Position numbers and translations under genes: made by a program. A DNA stretch of 64,000 nt. Origin: an uncultured delta proteobacterium. Lineage in GTDB: Bacteria; Desulfobacterota; Desulfobacteria; Desulfobacterales; UBA2156. Below are positions 15,057-25,167 of this stretch, piece after piece (within the stretch, counting starts at the first letter, position 1; each line of letters opens with the position of its first letter). The stretch is from contig CAVTQK010000020.1 of the NCBI GenBank assembly GCA_963736855.1, forward strand, positions 1 through 64,000. Direction: 5' to 3'. Under the pieces are notes generated by a model. It saw nothing but the letters and a program-made list of their open reading frames with translations. It did no database searches and was not told where the DNA came from.

Positions 15057-17747
15057 TTACCGGATAAGGGATCGGGCAAATTCGAGTTCGTCGGCCTTGG
15101 TTTTCAGCTTGGCGTTAAGCTTAGCTTCCAGAACTGCTTGTAAAATCTCCTTGAAAACAGGCCCGGGAGAAAGACCCATTTCCATCAGGTCTTTTCCCCC
15201 GATGAAAGGCTTAATACATCTAACCTGAGTGAAATAATTGGAAATAAGTCGTTTGACCGCCTCCTGTGAGGTAGCGGCCATCATGTAAAGGATGAGTTCG
15301 ATTCGGAAGGGGCTCAGGTTCAGGTATAAGGAGCTGTTGGGGATTTCGGGTTTACGCTCCAGGCGGTGTAAACAACGATTAGCGGAAATGCGCTCCTTGA
15401 CAAACAGGCTCCGGTGCCGGGGAGGCATTTCAAGCCGTTCACTGATTTCCTCGCAGATCTTTTCATCGCAGAACCGAATCATGGCTAAAAAATAGACCGC
15501 CCATTTGAGATAGGGCTCTTCCAAGAAAAGCAGGTCGTGCCAGGATAGGACTTTTTTGACCTCGTTGAACAGGGCGACTTTGTCTTTATCCATGGCAATG
15601 GATGGATGAATCACGGCCAGCAGGTTATATTCCTGGAGACGCACCATGGCCGGAGTGGGATTTTCCTCTTCCAGGATCTGGCGCAGTTCGGAAAAAACCC
15701 GCCGGCCGCTGAGGCGCTCGAAAAAACGCATCTTCACTGCATTTTCGATGAGCCCGTCAGTGACCTTGCCGATGGAAAAACCGAACCGCTGCTCGAAGCG
15801 GATGGCACGAAAAACTCGGGTGGGATCTTCCACAAAACTCATGTTGTGCAGAATGCGGATTACCTTCTCCTTGATGTCTTTCTGACCCGAAAAAAAGTCG
15901 ATGAGTATGCCGAACCGCTTGGAATTGAGCTGGATGGCCAGAGTGTTGACGGTGAAATCCCTTCGGAACAGATCGAGCTTGATGGAGCTCATTTCGACTA
16001 CCGGAAGGGCGGCCGGAAACTGATAATACTCCAGGCGCGCAGAAGCTACATCGATCTTGGAGCCGTTGGGGAAGATGATCACCGCCGTGCCGAACTTTTC
16101 GTGGGGATGGATTCGGGCGCCCACCTGTTGGGCATATTTCCGTGCAAAGGTGATGCCGTCCCCCTCGATGACAATGTCGACATCCTCGTTGGGTCGATAG
16201 AGGAACAAGTCCCGAACGAAACCTCCGGTCACATAAGCGCCGTACCCTATCTCATCGGCGGCGGTGCCGAGAGCCCTGAGCAGGTCGAAAACATGCTTCG
16301 GGAGGCGCTCCTTCATGAATTTTTGAATGTTGCGGGTTCGGGCCGAAACCGGTCCGCTGAATGGATCCGGAAAGGAGCGCTCCCGTCGTTTGGACTGCTG
16401 GACCAGAGTATTGAGCAAGTCGGTCCGCGTGATCACGCCGAGGATGCGCCCGTCGTCGATGATGGGTAGAATCCTCTGTTTGTTTTCGATGATCTTTTCC
16501 TGGATCTCCAGCAGGCTTGCATCCGGACGGGCATGGACCATCTCTGTATTCATATATTCGCGTACCGGAATGTGTCCAAGCTGGTGATAAAGGGCTTTTT
16601 CGATGATCTGGCGGGAAATATATCCGTCAAGGATTATCCGATTGCCGGCTTCGTCAGACGCAGGGTTTGATGCGGTGACCAGCAGGGCATTGATGTTGTA
16701 TCGATTCAGGAGTTCCCCGGCGTCCTTGCATGACACGTCCGCACCCACGGTAATCGCCGGTGACGACATAAGATCAACGGCCTTGCGTCTGGATTTGACC
16801 TGTTCATACAGGATGGTCGTGAGTTGTTGTTCGACCTGGACCCAGGTCTGATCCCTGAGTGTAGCCGACGCTGCATAAGGATGACCTCCCCCGCCCATGT
16901 ACCCGAGGATGATGCCGACATCCACCTCGGAGATTTTGCTCCGGGCCACAACGTAGACCTTGCTGCCCATCATGGCAACGGCAAAGAGCGCGTTAAGGTC
17001 TTCCATCCGAAGCAGCTTCTGGACCAGGAATGCAAAGTCCGGAACATACGTCTCTACAGTGATGGAGGTAATGGCAACCTCGATCCCTTCGATGTGATGC
17101 CGGACGATGTTTTGAATCATGTCGTTGAGAATCGTTACCTGCTCAGGGCTGAGCTCCCGGCTGATGAGGGAGGATATGGTGTCGATGTTGGCACCCTTGG
17201 AAACCAAAAACGCCGCTACTTTAAAATCCTTTTCCGTAGTGGAAGCAAAACTGAAAGATCCGGTGTCTTCATAGATGCCCAGGCACAAGATGGTGGCTTC
17301 ATCGGGAGTAATAGGAATCCGCCGACGCTGCAGGATATGGGCCAGGATGGTCACGTTGGCACCTGTGGGCTCAAATACCTCTTTGTGCCCCTTGACATCC
17401 CCCGGGGAAGCAGGATGGTGATCGAAGATGTGGACCTCAACCGATGGATCCCGAATCAGATCCGAAAAGGGGCCGATGCGGGAAGGCTGCTTGGTATCCA
17501 CCAGTACGAGCCGTTCGATGGAAGCAAGGTCGATTGCCCTGATGTCAACCATGTTGAACAGATAGACCATGGAATCGATGAAAAAATTTTTCAGGTTCTT
17601 TTCCTGACTCCCGGGAAATACCACAACCGAACCGGGATAAAGCTTTTGCGCAGCAAGCATGGAAGCCAGGGCATCGAAGTCGGCATTGACGTGGGTGGCG
17701 ATAACGGTAAGCCCGCGCTTTTTTTTTGACGCATTTTTTCCTGGCAC
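15057..17747 (-). CDS. DHH/DHHA1-CBS-tRNA nucleotidyltransferase (likely A-adding enzyme)
   Basis: THVNADFD, DHH, GGGHPYAAS, two CBS domains, GGFVRD, DVDI, RRDFTVN and EDPTR motifs. Confidence 0.9.
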   Translation of the reverse strand: MPGKNASKKKRGLTVIATHVNADFDALASMLAAQKLYPGSVVVFPGSQEKNLKNFFIDSMVYLFNMVDIRAIDLASIERLVLVDTKQPSRIGPFSDLIRDPSVEVHIFDHHPASPGDVKGHKEVFEPTGANVTILAHILQRRRIPITPDEATILCLGIYEDTGSFSFASTTEKDFKVAAFLVSKGANIDTISSLISRELSPEQVTILNDMIQNIVRHHIEGIEVAITSITVETYVPDFAFLVQKLLRMEDLNALFAVAMMGSKVYVVARSKISEVDVGIILGYMGGGGHPYAASATLRDQTWVQVEQQLTTILYEQVKSRRKAVDLMSSPAITVGADVSCKDAGELLNRYNINALLVTASNPASDEAGNRIILDGYISRQIIEKALYHQLGHIPVREYMNTEMVHARPDASLLEIQEKIIENKQRILPIIDDGRILGVITRTDLLNTLVQQSKRRERSFPDPFSGPVSARTRNIQKFMKERLPKHVFDLLRALGTAADEIGYGAYVTGGFVRDLFLYRPNEDVDIVIEGDGITFARKYAQQVGARIHPHEKFGTAVIIFPNGSKIDVASARLEYYQFPAALPVVEMSSIKLDLFRRDFTVNTLAIQLNSKRFGILIDFFSGQKDIKEKVIRILHNMSFVEDPTRVFRAIRFEQRFGFSIGKVTDGLIENAVKMRFFERLSGRRVFSELRQILEEENPTPAMVRLQEYNLLAVIHPSIAMDKDKVALFNEVKKVLSWHDLLFLEEPYLKWAVYFLAMIRFCDEKICEEISERLEMPPRHRSLFVKERISANRCLHRLERKPEIPNSSLYLNLSPFRIELILYMMAATSQEAVKRLISNYFTQVRCIKPFIGGKDLMEMGLSPGPVFKEILQAVLEAKLNAKLKTKADELEFARSLIR

Positions 17748-17933
17748 GATCGGCTCCGGTTAAGAATATTATCGTCGGAAAATGTCTTAAGCGCTTTCCT
17801 ATCCGACGCCTGATGCACTTTTTTATGACAGATGAGAAACGCGAAATCAACTGTTGCCCTTCTCTTTTGACCGGACTCTTGTGCTTTTAGAGCAACTGTG
17901 ATACGAATGCATCGTCTTTTTATGCGTGATTCC

Positions 17934-18908
17934 ATGGAAAAGCCCAAAGCCCGCCATTACCGGTACCTCTTTGGCCCCGTCCGTTCGAGACGGCTGGGGG
18001 TTTCCTTAGGTGTGGACCTGATGCCCCACAAGACCTGCACCTTGGACTGCGTCTATTGTGAATGCGGAAAAACCACCCGGAAGACCCTTGTGCGGAAAGA
18101 ATATATCCCAACCCGTGACATCATGGATGAACTGGACGATCTGCTATCTAGTGCTCCGGATCTGGATTATGTCACCTTTTCCGGGGCCGGAGAACCCACC
18201 CTGCACAGTGGTATCGGGGAAATGATCGCATTTCTAAAAAGGGATCACCCCCGATACCCGGTGGCCCTGTTGACAAATGGAACCCTTTTCCATAATCCCA
18301 GGGTCAGAGACGAGATCAGCGATGCCGACAGAGTTATCGCCTCTTTGGATGCAGCAACCTCCGGGGTTTTCAAAAAAGTGAATCGACCACATTCCGCTTT
18401 GAGAGTGACCGAAATGATCCAAGGGCTGGTCGATTTTCGGCAAACGTTTTCTCATCAGTTTTTCATCGAGATCTTCGTCGTGCCGGGGCTAAACGACAGC
18501 GATTCCGAACTTAAGGCCCTAAAATCGGCTCTTGGTAAGATTCAACCGGATAGCGTGCAAGTGAACACCCTCGACCGGCCAGGAACCGAACCCTGGGTAA
18601 AGCCGGCCGGGAACATGGAGCTGAAAAGGATCGCCGAAGCCCTGGGCGGTGCCGGCTTAATCCGTTTTCATCCAAAAGGTCAGCATAAAAAGGTTGCCGG
18701 GGATATCAGCGACATACAATTGATGGGAACTCTCCTGCGCCGTCCCTGCACAGCCGAAGACGTGGCTGCTATCTTTGACATCGATGCACAAATGACCCAA
18801 GACCGCCTGGAAAGGCTTGTCGCCGACGGCTCGGCACAAAAGAAAAGGATGCCAAGAGGTACCTTCTATTTTAGGCAAAAAAATGTCCATGTTTGTAAAA
18901 CTGGTTGA
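17934..18908 (+). CDS. Radical SAM protein
   Basis: GPVRSRRLGVSLGV, CTLDCVYC and FSGAGEPTL motifs; C-terminal winged-helix-like tail. Confidence 0.9.
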   Translation: MEKPKARHYRYLFGPVRSRRLGVSLGVDLMPHKTCTLDCVYCECGKTTRKTLVRKEYIPTRDIMDELDDLLSSAPDLDYVTFSGAGEPTLHSGIGEMIAFLKRDHPRYPVALLTNGTLFHNPRVRDEISDADRVIASLDAATSGVFKKVNRPHSALRVTEMIQGLVDFRQTFSHQFFIEIFVVPGLNDSDSELKALKSALGKIQPDSVQVNTLDRPGTEPWVKPAGNMELKRIAEALGGAGLIRFHPKGQHKKVAGDISDIQLMGTLLRRPCTAEDVAAIFDIDAQMTQDRLERLVADGSAQKKRMPRGTFYFRQKNVHVCKTG

Positions 18909-19008
18909 CGGAATGTACATCCAGCGGATATAAAAACAAGAAAATGCGGATGCGACGGGAATACAGTTAGCTCCTACCTGGACGAACGATCAGACGGAGG
19001 AGGCGATA

Positions 19009-20214
19009 ATGCCGGTATTTCAATGGGAGGGAAGGAACAGGCGGAACGAATTGCAGCGTGGTGAAATGGAGGCCCTTAACGCCGAGCTCGTACGGGCCAA
19101 CCTGGCCAAGTTGCGTATCACTCCTGTCAAGGTCAAGAAGAAGTCCAAGGATCTCTTTGAAAACGTAAACTTTCTGCAGCCTCGGGTCAGAGAATCCGAC
19201 ATCATTCTTTTTGCACGGCAGTTTTCCACCATGATCGATGCCGGTCTCCCCATCGTTCAATGCCTCGATATTCTTCAAAACCAACAGGAAAACAAGACCT
19301 TTAAGAAGATGCTCCGCCAAGTCATGGAGGCAGTTGAAGGCGGGTCTACCCTTGCCGAAGCCCTGACACGTTTTCCGAAACAGTTCGATTCCCTTTTTAC
19401 CAATATGATCGCAGCCGGAGAAGCGGGAGGGATCCTGGATACCATCTTGAGGCGGCTTGCCGCCTACCTGGAGAAAGCGGCAAAACTCAAACGCAGGGTG
19501 AAGGGGGCCATGACATACCCCATCATCGTTCTGATCATCGCAGTATTGGTGGTGGCAGTGATCCTCGTTTTCGTCATCCCGGTCTTTTCGGAGATGTTTT
19601 CCCAACTTGGGGGTCAGCTTCCCTTGGCCACCCAGATCGTAATGAGCCTCTCCGACTTCGTGAAACACAATATTTTATACATCGCCGTCGCCATCACTCT
19701 TCTTGCCTATGCCTTCCGCCGTTTCTATAAGACTGAAAAGGGGCGTATCGCCCTGGATAAGTTCGTCCTCAAAGTTCCGGTGGTCGGCATCCTAATCCGG
19801 AAGGTGGCTGTGGCCCGGTTCTCCCGCACCATGGGGACCATGCTGGCCTCCGGTGTGGCCATCCTGGAAGCCCTGGATATCGTGGCTAAAACCGCCGGGA
19901 ACAAAACCATCGAAACCGCCGTTTACACGGTGAGAACAGCCATTGCGGAAGGCCGGACCATGGCTGATCCCCTGATGGAGACCGGGGTCTTTCCCTCCAT
20001 GGTCTGCCAGATGATCGCTGTTGGGGAATCCACAGGGGCCCTGGACGCCATGCTCAACAAGATCGCAGACTTTTATGATGAAGAGGTGGATCAGGCGGTG
20101 GAAAATTTAACTGCCATGATCGAGCCGTTTATGATGGCCTTTCTGGGCGCCACAATTGGCGGACTGGTGATCGCCATGTACCTGCCCATTTTCAAGATGG
20201 CCGGTCTGGTGTAA
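19009..20214 (+). CDS. pilC: Type IV pilus inner membrane platform protein PilC
   Basis: RQFSTMIDAGLP, AGEAGGILD, AMTYP, GESTGALD and AMYLPIF motifs. Confidence 0.93.
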   Translation: MPVFQWEGRNRRNELQRGEMEALNAELVRANLAKLRITPVKVKKKSKDLFENVNFLQPRVRESDIILFARQFSTMIDAGLPIVQCLDILQNQQENKTFKKMLRQVMEAVEGGSTLAEALTRFPKQFDSLFTNMIAAGEAGGILDTILRRLAAYLEKAAKLKRRVKGAMTYPIIVLIIAVLVVAVILVFVIPVFSEMFSQLGGQLPLATQIVMSLSDFVKHNILYIAVAITLLAYAFRRFYKTEKGRIALDKFVLKVPVVGILIRKVAVARFSRTMGTMLASGVAILEALDIVAKTAGNKTIETAVYTVRTAIAEGRTMADPLMETGVFPSMVCQMIAVGESTGALDAMLNKIADFYDEEVDQAVENLTAMIEPFMMAFLGATIGGLVIAMYLPIFKMAGLV

Positions 20215-20301
20215 GGCACAACGCTTTTAAGCCAACATGAGCTCCACCGAGATCTTACGTTTTCCGGAGCGGGCTTTTTTTGCCGAACCGAAACGTCACG
20301 G

Positions 20302-21621
20302 ATGCTGTTTTGCCCCATGACTCTTGCCGCCGCACCCCCTGAAGAAAGTCTTTATCGTCGGCTGAAATGGCTGACCTTCTTCAGGGCGCTTTTTGCCACC
20401 CTCTTGCTGGGATCCACCGTCGTCCTCCATGTGAGGCGGATGGACACCCTGGTTTCCTTGCCTCTATTAATCCTTTACGGATTGATCCTGGCGATCTTTT
20501 CCCTCTCCTTTACTTACACCCTGGCCCTCAAGGCCGTGGCATGGAGAAAGTTTCTCAGTGATGTCCAGATCATCATGGACACGATCATCGTCAGTGCGAT
20601 TATCTTCGTCACCGGGGGTTTTTACAGCATCTTTTCATTTCTTTATCTCGTCGTTATCATCTATGCCAGTATGCTGTTCAAACGGCGGGGAAGCCTGATA
20701 GTGGCAGGTCTCTGCAGCATCGAGTACGGCCTGCTGATCCTCTTGGAATATCAAGGTGTTTTAAGCCCCGTCGGTATTGAAATGGGCTTTTCCGAAACCG
20801 GATATTCGGGGTTTTTCGTTCTTTACAAGATCGTCATTACGACATTGGCCTGTTTTGCGGTGGCCTTCCTCGCCAGCATTCTTTCAGAAAGGGAACGACT
20901 GACAAAGCAGGAACTGACAGCCATGGAAACCCACCTCAAGCGGGTGGAACGGATGGCGGCGGCGGGCGAAATGGCCGCCGGGCTGGCCCATGAAATTAAA
21001 AACCCCCTTGCAGCACTCATCGGCGCCATCGGGCTCATCAAAGATGAAAAGCGGATGGATCCGACCCAGGAACGACTCATGCAGATCGTCCTTCGTGAAG
21101 CCGATCGGCTGAGCACCCTGGTTAACCATTTTTTAATCTTTGCCAAACCTCCGGCGGGCAAACCTCGGGCGTTGGATCTTTCACAAAACCTGTCCGAACT
21201 CATCGACCTGTTCGAAAAAGACCGGATCGCTTTAGGACGGATCACCCTCGAAAAAAGGCTGCTCCCGGATATTTGGATCGAAATGGATCCGGACCATCTG
21301 CGCCAGGTGATCTGGAATCTGCTTCTCAACGCTGCGGAGGCCATCGAAGGAAAGGGGTGTATCCGGGTTGAAATGCAGCCTCAGGGGCACCGGTTTTCAG
21401 AAGTGGCTATTATAGACGACGGATGCGGCATTGATGATGATGATATGAAACAGATCTTCGACCCGTTTTTTACCACCAAATCCACCGGGTCGGGCCTGGG
21501 GCTTTCCATCGTTCACCGGATTTTAGAGTCTTACGGTTTCTGGATCCGCGTGGACAGCGCTAAAAACAGCGGAAGTACTTTTCGCATCCGGATGAAGCGG
21601 ATCGATCAACCCAAATCCTGA
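20302..21621 (+). CDS. pilS: PilS-like sensor histidine kinase
   Basis: Multi-TM N-terminus with TGG..S.F.FLY; LAHEIKNPL H-box; N, G1, F and G2 boxes; directly follows pilC. Confidence 0.8.
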   Translation: MLFCPMTLAAAPPEESLYRRLKWLTFFRALFATLLLGSTVVLHVRRMDTLVSLPLLILYGLILAIFSLSFTYTLALKAVAWRKFLSDVQIIMDTIIVSAIIFVTGGFYSIFSFLYLVVIIYASMLFKRRGSLIVAGLCSIEYGLLILLEYQGVLSPVGIEMGFSETGYSGFFVLYKIVITTLACFAVAFLASILSERERLTKQELTAMETHLKRVERMAAAGEMAAGLAHEIKNPLAALIGAIGLIKDEKRMDPTQERLMQIVLREADRLSTLVNHFLIFAKPPAGKPRALDLSQNLSELIDLFEKDRIALGRITLEKRLLPDIWIEMDPDHLRQVIWNLLLNAAEAIEGKGCIRVEMQPQGHRFSEVAIIDDGCGIDDDDMKQIFDPFFTTKSTGSGLGLSIVHRILESYGFWIRVDSAKNSGSTFRIRMKRIDQPKS

Positions 21622-21661
21622 GTCCGCTTGAAAATCAGACCGCCTTGGGGTTTAATCCATC

Positions 21662-22771
21662 TTGAAACGGGCCTCTTCCGTGAAAATCCCTCGAATCGCA
21701 CCCTTTGCCGCCCTGGTCCTGTTGCTGGGGCTTCCCATGCTGGGCATCCTGGCAGCCGGACACCCCATAGATCGGTATCTGGAATTCCCTCCACGGACCC
21801 TTTATGTGCAGCCCGCTTCCTTCTCCTGGATGTACTTTGTTTTTTACGGCCTGGTTTTTCTGATCATCGCGCTACCGATTTTGATTATTGGAGGGCACCC
21901 TTTCTTTCGGCCTCCTGTTTCTTACGTCTGTAAAAGGGTGTTTCCATGGTGGGGATGGGCAGGCCTTGCCCTCAATGCTATTTCATGGTTCGTAGCCTGG
22001 ACACGAATCCCTGCGTTTTCTTTTATCCAACCCCACACTTTCTTCCCCTTGTGGCTCTCCTTCATCCTTGTCGTGAATGCGCTTTGTCAACATCGGGACG
22101 GGGCTTGCATGATGACGCGGCGACCGGGCTATTTTACTCTTCTGTTCCCAACCAGCGCCCTGTTCTGGTGGGTTTTTGAATATCTCAACCGCTTCGTACA
22201 GAACTGGCATTACCTCGGAATCGAATACGGAGCCTTCGAGTACGCCGGCCTGGCCTCCTTCTCCTTTTCCACGGTCCTTCCTGCCGTGCTGGGAACCCGG
22301 GAATGGCTCCTTGGGACTCGCTGGATCCAGGAAGGTTTCATCTTCCAACCTCCGCCACTCCCGCAAACCAAAGGGCTTGCAGTCGCCCTTTTAATTTTTT
22401 CCGGTTTCGGACTTTTCGGGATCGGGATCTGGCCAAATGTTCTCTTTCCTCTCTTATGGGTTTCTCCTCTGCTGATCATTCTCTCCCTGCAGATTTTAAC
22501 CTCAGAGGCGCATATCTTGTCTTCACTGCGGGGGGGTGATCTTCGCCCGGTCGTTTCCGCTGCTCTGGCGGCCCTTTTATGCGGCTGGTTCTGGGAGATG
22601 TGGAATTATTACAGCCTGGCCAAGTGGGTGTATCGTATTCCTTATGTCCACCGATTTGAAATCTTCGAAATGCCTGTTCTGGGGTATGCAGGATATCTTC
22701 CTTTCGGGCTGGAGTGTGCTGCGGCAGGAAACCTCCTGGCCCGAATTTTCAAAACCGGCTCATCCGACTAA
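21662..22771 (+). CDS. Uncharacterised multi-pass membrane protein
   Basis: About 10 hydrophobic segments; repeated WW.FEY.N...NW.Y and WEMWNY...KW.Y motifs. Confidence 0.7.
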   Translation: MKRASSVKIPRIAPFAALVLLLGLPMLGILAAGHPIDRYLEFPPRTLYVQPASFSWMYFVFYGLVFLIIALPILIIGGHPFFRPPVSYVCKRVFPWWGWAGLALNAISWFVAWTRIPAFSFIQPHTFFPLWLSFILVVNALCQHRDGACMMTRRPGYFTLLFPTSALFWWVFEYLNRFVQNWHYLGIEYGAFEYAGLASFSFSTVLPAVLGTREWLLGTRWIQEGFIFQPPPLPQTKGLAVALLIFSGFGLFGIGIWPNVLFPLLWVSPLLIILSLQILTSEAHILSSLRGGDLRPVVSAALAALLCGWFWEMWNYYSLAKWVYRIPYVHRFEIFEMPVLGYAGYLPFGLECAAAGNLLARIFKTGSSD

Positions 22772-22791
22772 AGCGTAATTAGGTCAATTTT

Positions 22792-23799
22792 TCATCTGAC
22801 CTGACCCGAGTTCGGATCAACCATCAATGATGAAACATCCACTGCTTCAAAATTCGCTCCGACAATCTCTTCCAGGCGATGTAATTCGTCGTTATTCCAA
22901 CGCTCATCCGGTACACCCGAAATATACCAAGGTCCGCCGTCATCCGCGACGATCATCCCATACCTTTTAAGCGCTTGCAAAATCACCTGGACTTCAAAAG
23001 AAAAGCCTGAAATATCCACATCTGCACGCAATCGGAAGCGTTGCCCCATCGGAGGACACGTCGCATCGCCATCAGAACCGAGATGCCTCGCCGGCCACAC
23101 ATATCCGCGGGAACTTTGCGAAACCGTAAACCGTAGCGCATGACGAATTTCTCCGGAAGCCACTTCGTCATATCGGACTAAACCTGCCAAAATGGACAGC
23201 CCCCCTTCATCAGCGGATGTCCATCCGTCCGGACGCAGCGCATTGGAGCGTAGATCAAACACCGCCCCGGAACCGGCGTTCCAACTGCCATCATTTTGAC
23301 GTTCCGCATGGTATAACTCATAGAGTTGACATGTGCCCATATTGACAATCAGGACATGATGATCACTGCCCCATTCGATCGGAGCATCGGATGGAATTGG
23401 ATAAGGACCGGGATCACTTTCGTCCCCAAATTCCACGAAATGAATCGGCACGCTAGGTTGTGTGACTGGAACCGTCGCATATGGAATCCCAATCGGTCCC
23501 CCTTCCCAGGTGCCAGAGCCAAAGTCCGGATGTAAACCAATATCCGCGCCCATCGCAGCAATATAAGCCGCCGAATTCGGATGGACCGGTAAACTATCTA
23601 TTGGGGCATTCCAAATGTTATTCGCCGGAAAAATCGGACAACCGCTCAAATCGCCGCCCGTACTATCGAATGATCCCTTGCCCTCGTTATGAAATGGATT
23701 GGACTTAGAATTAGAATCTTCAGACTTAAAGGCGAGCAGAGTAATGATGAGTAGCAGCCAGATCACAATCAATGCCGTTCTTCGTTGTAATGCCGACAT
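22792..23799 (-). CDS. Uncharacterised secreted or membrane-anchored protein
   Basis: ATG at 23799 with agaggag RBS and an N-terminal hydrophobic segment. Domain motifs FPANNIWN..I..LPVHPNS, GIPY, HALRFT and LKRYGMIVAD. Confidence 0.75.
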   Translation of the reverse strand: MSALQRRTALIVIWLLLIITLLAFKSEDSNSKSNPFHNEGKGSFDSTGGDLSGCPIFPANNIWNAPIDSLPVHPNSAAYIAAMGADIGLHPDFGSGTWEGGPIGIPYATVPVTQPSVPIHFVEFGDESDPGPYPIPSDAPIEWGSDHHVLIVNMGTCQLYELYHAERQNDGSWNAGSGAVFDLRSNALRPDGWTSADEGGLSILAGLVRYDEVASGEIRHALRFTVSQSSRGYVWPARHLGSDGDATCPPMGQRFRLRADVDISGFSFEVQVILQALKRYGMIVADDGGPWYISGVPDERWNNDELHRLEEIVGANFEAVDVSSLMVDPNSGQVR

Positions 23800-24042
23800 A
23801 AGCTTTTCTCCTCTAATGGATATTGACATTTCCGGTCTGAGACCTGCCGAATAATGGGATTGTGTTTCGCTGTGATCTGCACCCAAGATATGGGAATCTT
23901 CCGGTATCAAGATATATACATTTTCAGTTATCCAAAGAGTGGATGCGCTGTCAATCGAATTTTATCAGGGGACGGCGGTGATCTGGGGGAAAAATGTTAC
24001 GCTTCCGGAACCTTTGGATTTCGTCTGGTGTTTGATTATGTC

Positions 24043-25149
24043 CTAGATCCGCTTCAGGTGATATTGGCGGCTTCCCAGGCCGATCTTTTGGGCATAGTCC
24101 AGCTGAATCTCCCAGTCCACGTTCGGATATATCCCCTTGAACTTGTCTTCTCCTGCCCCTGTGTGGGTTGAAAGGCAGGAGCCCGGAAGCGCCGGCTCCT
24201 GGTTGACCAAGTCCACGGAAGCCTGATCGATGGCCACCGGATCCCGGGAGGCAACTACGCCGATATCCCGTACGATGGGCGCGTCGTTGACCGGATAACA
24301 GTCGCAGGCAGGGGAAACGTTGGTGATGAAGTTGAGAAAAAGGGCTTTCCCCTGTTTTTTTTTCAGGACCCCCAGGGCGTATTCCGCCAAGTTTTCCAAA
24401 AAAACGGGAATCGACTGGTTCCATTGGATCTGGATGGCGCCTGCAGGGCAGATGAGGATGCATTCCCCGCACCCGATACAGGCTTCTGCTGAGATGACCG
24501 CCTTTCCTTCAACCAGGGAAATGGCTGATTGGGCACAATGGGCGGTGCATTCCCCGCATCCGGAACATTTTTTTCTTGCTACTTTGGGTGAAAGCGTCGA
24601 ATGCTGAGCCATCTTGCCCCTGCGCGAGGCGCACCCCATCCCTACGTTCTTGATGGTCCCGCCGAAGCCGGAAAGCTCATGCCCCTTAAAATGCGCCAGG
24701 GAGATGAGGGCGTCGGCTTGATCGATCTCGGCGGCGACAAAGACCTCCTTGAACCGTTTCTTATTAATGGCCACCGCTCTTTCGCTTTTCCCCTTGAGCC
24801 CGTCGGCGATGATTAGCGGCGCATTTACGACGGAGAAATCAAATCCATTTTCAATGGCGGTGATCAGATGTCCCGGTGCATCACTGCGGGTCCCGGCATA
24901 GAGAGTATTGGCGTCGGTTAAAAACGGCCGACCCTTGTGTTTTTTCACCGCATCGACGATGCGGCGCACAAAGACCGGTCGAATAAAGGCCGTATTCCCC
25001 TGTTCCCCGAAATGGATCTTGACGGCCACGAGATCCCGTGCATGAACAAGCTTCGAGATACCGGCGGTTTCCACCAGGCGGGTCAGTTTAGAGACAAAAT
25101 TTTCTTTAAAGGTAGCCCTTAGATCGATGAAAAAAACTGTGCTTTTCAT
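24043..25149 (-). CDS. DUF362 domain protein with 2x[4Fe-4S] ferredoxin insert
   Basis: VAVKIHFGE, HFKGH, GGTIKNVGMG, two CxxCxxC motifs, CDC and DPVAID. Confidence 0.9.
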   Translation of the reverse strand: MKSTVFFIDLRATFKENFVSKLTRLVETAGISKLVHARDLVAVKIHFGEQGNTAFIRPVFVRRIVDAVKKHKGRPFLTDANTLYAGTRSDAPGHLITAIENGFDFSVVNAPLIIADGLKGKSERAVAINKKRFKEVFVAAEIDQADALISLAHFKGHELSGFGGTIKNVGMGCASRRGKMAQHSTLSPKVARKKCSGCGECTAHCAQSAISLVEGKAVISAEACIGCGECILICPAGAIQIQWNQSIPVFLENLAEYALGVLKKKQGKALFLNFITNVSPACDCYPVNDAPIVRDIGVVASRDPVAIDQASVDLVNQEPALPGSCLSTHTGAGEDKFKGIYPNVDWEIQLDYAQKIGLGSRQYHLKRI

Positions 25150-25167
25150 ACCATTCCCTTTTTTATT

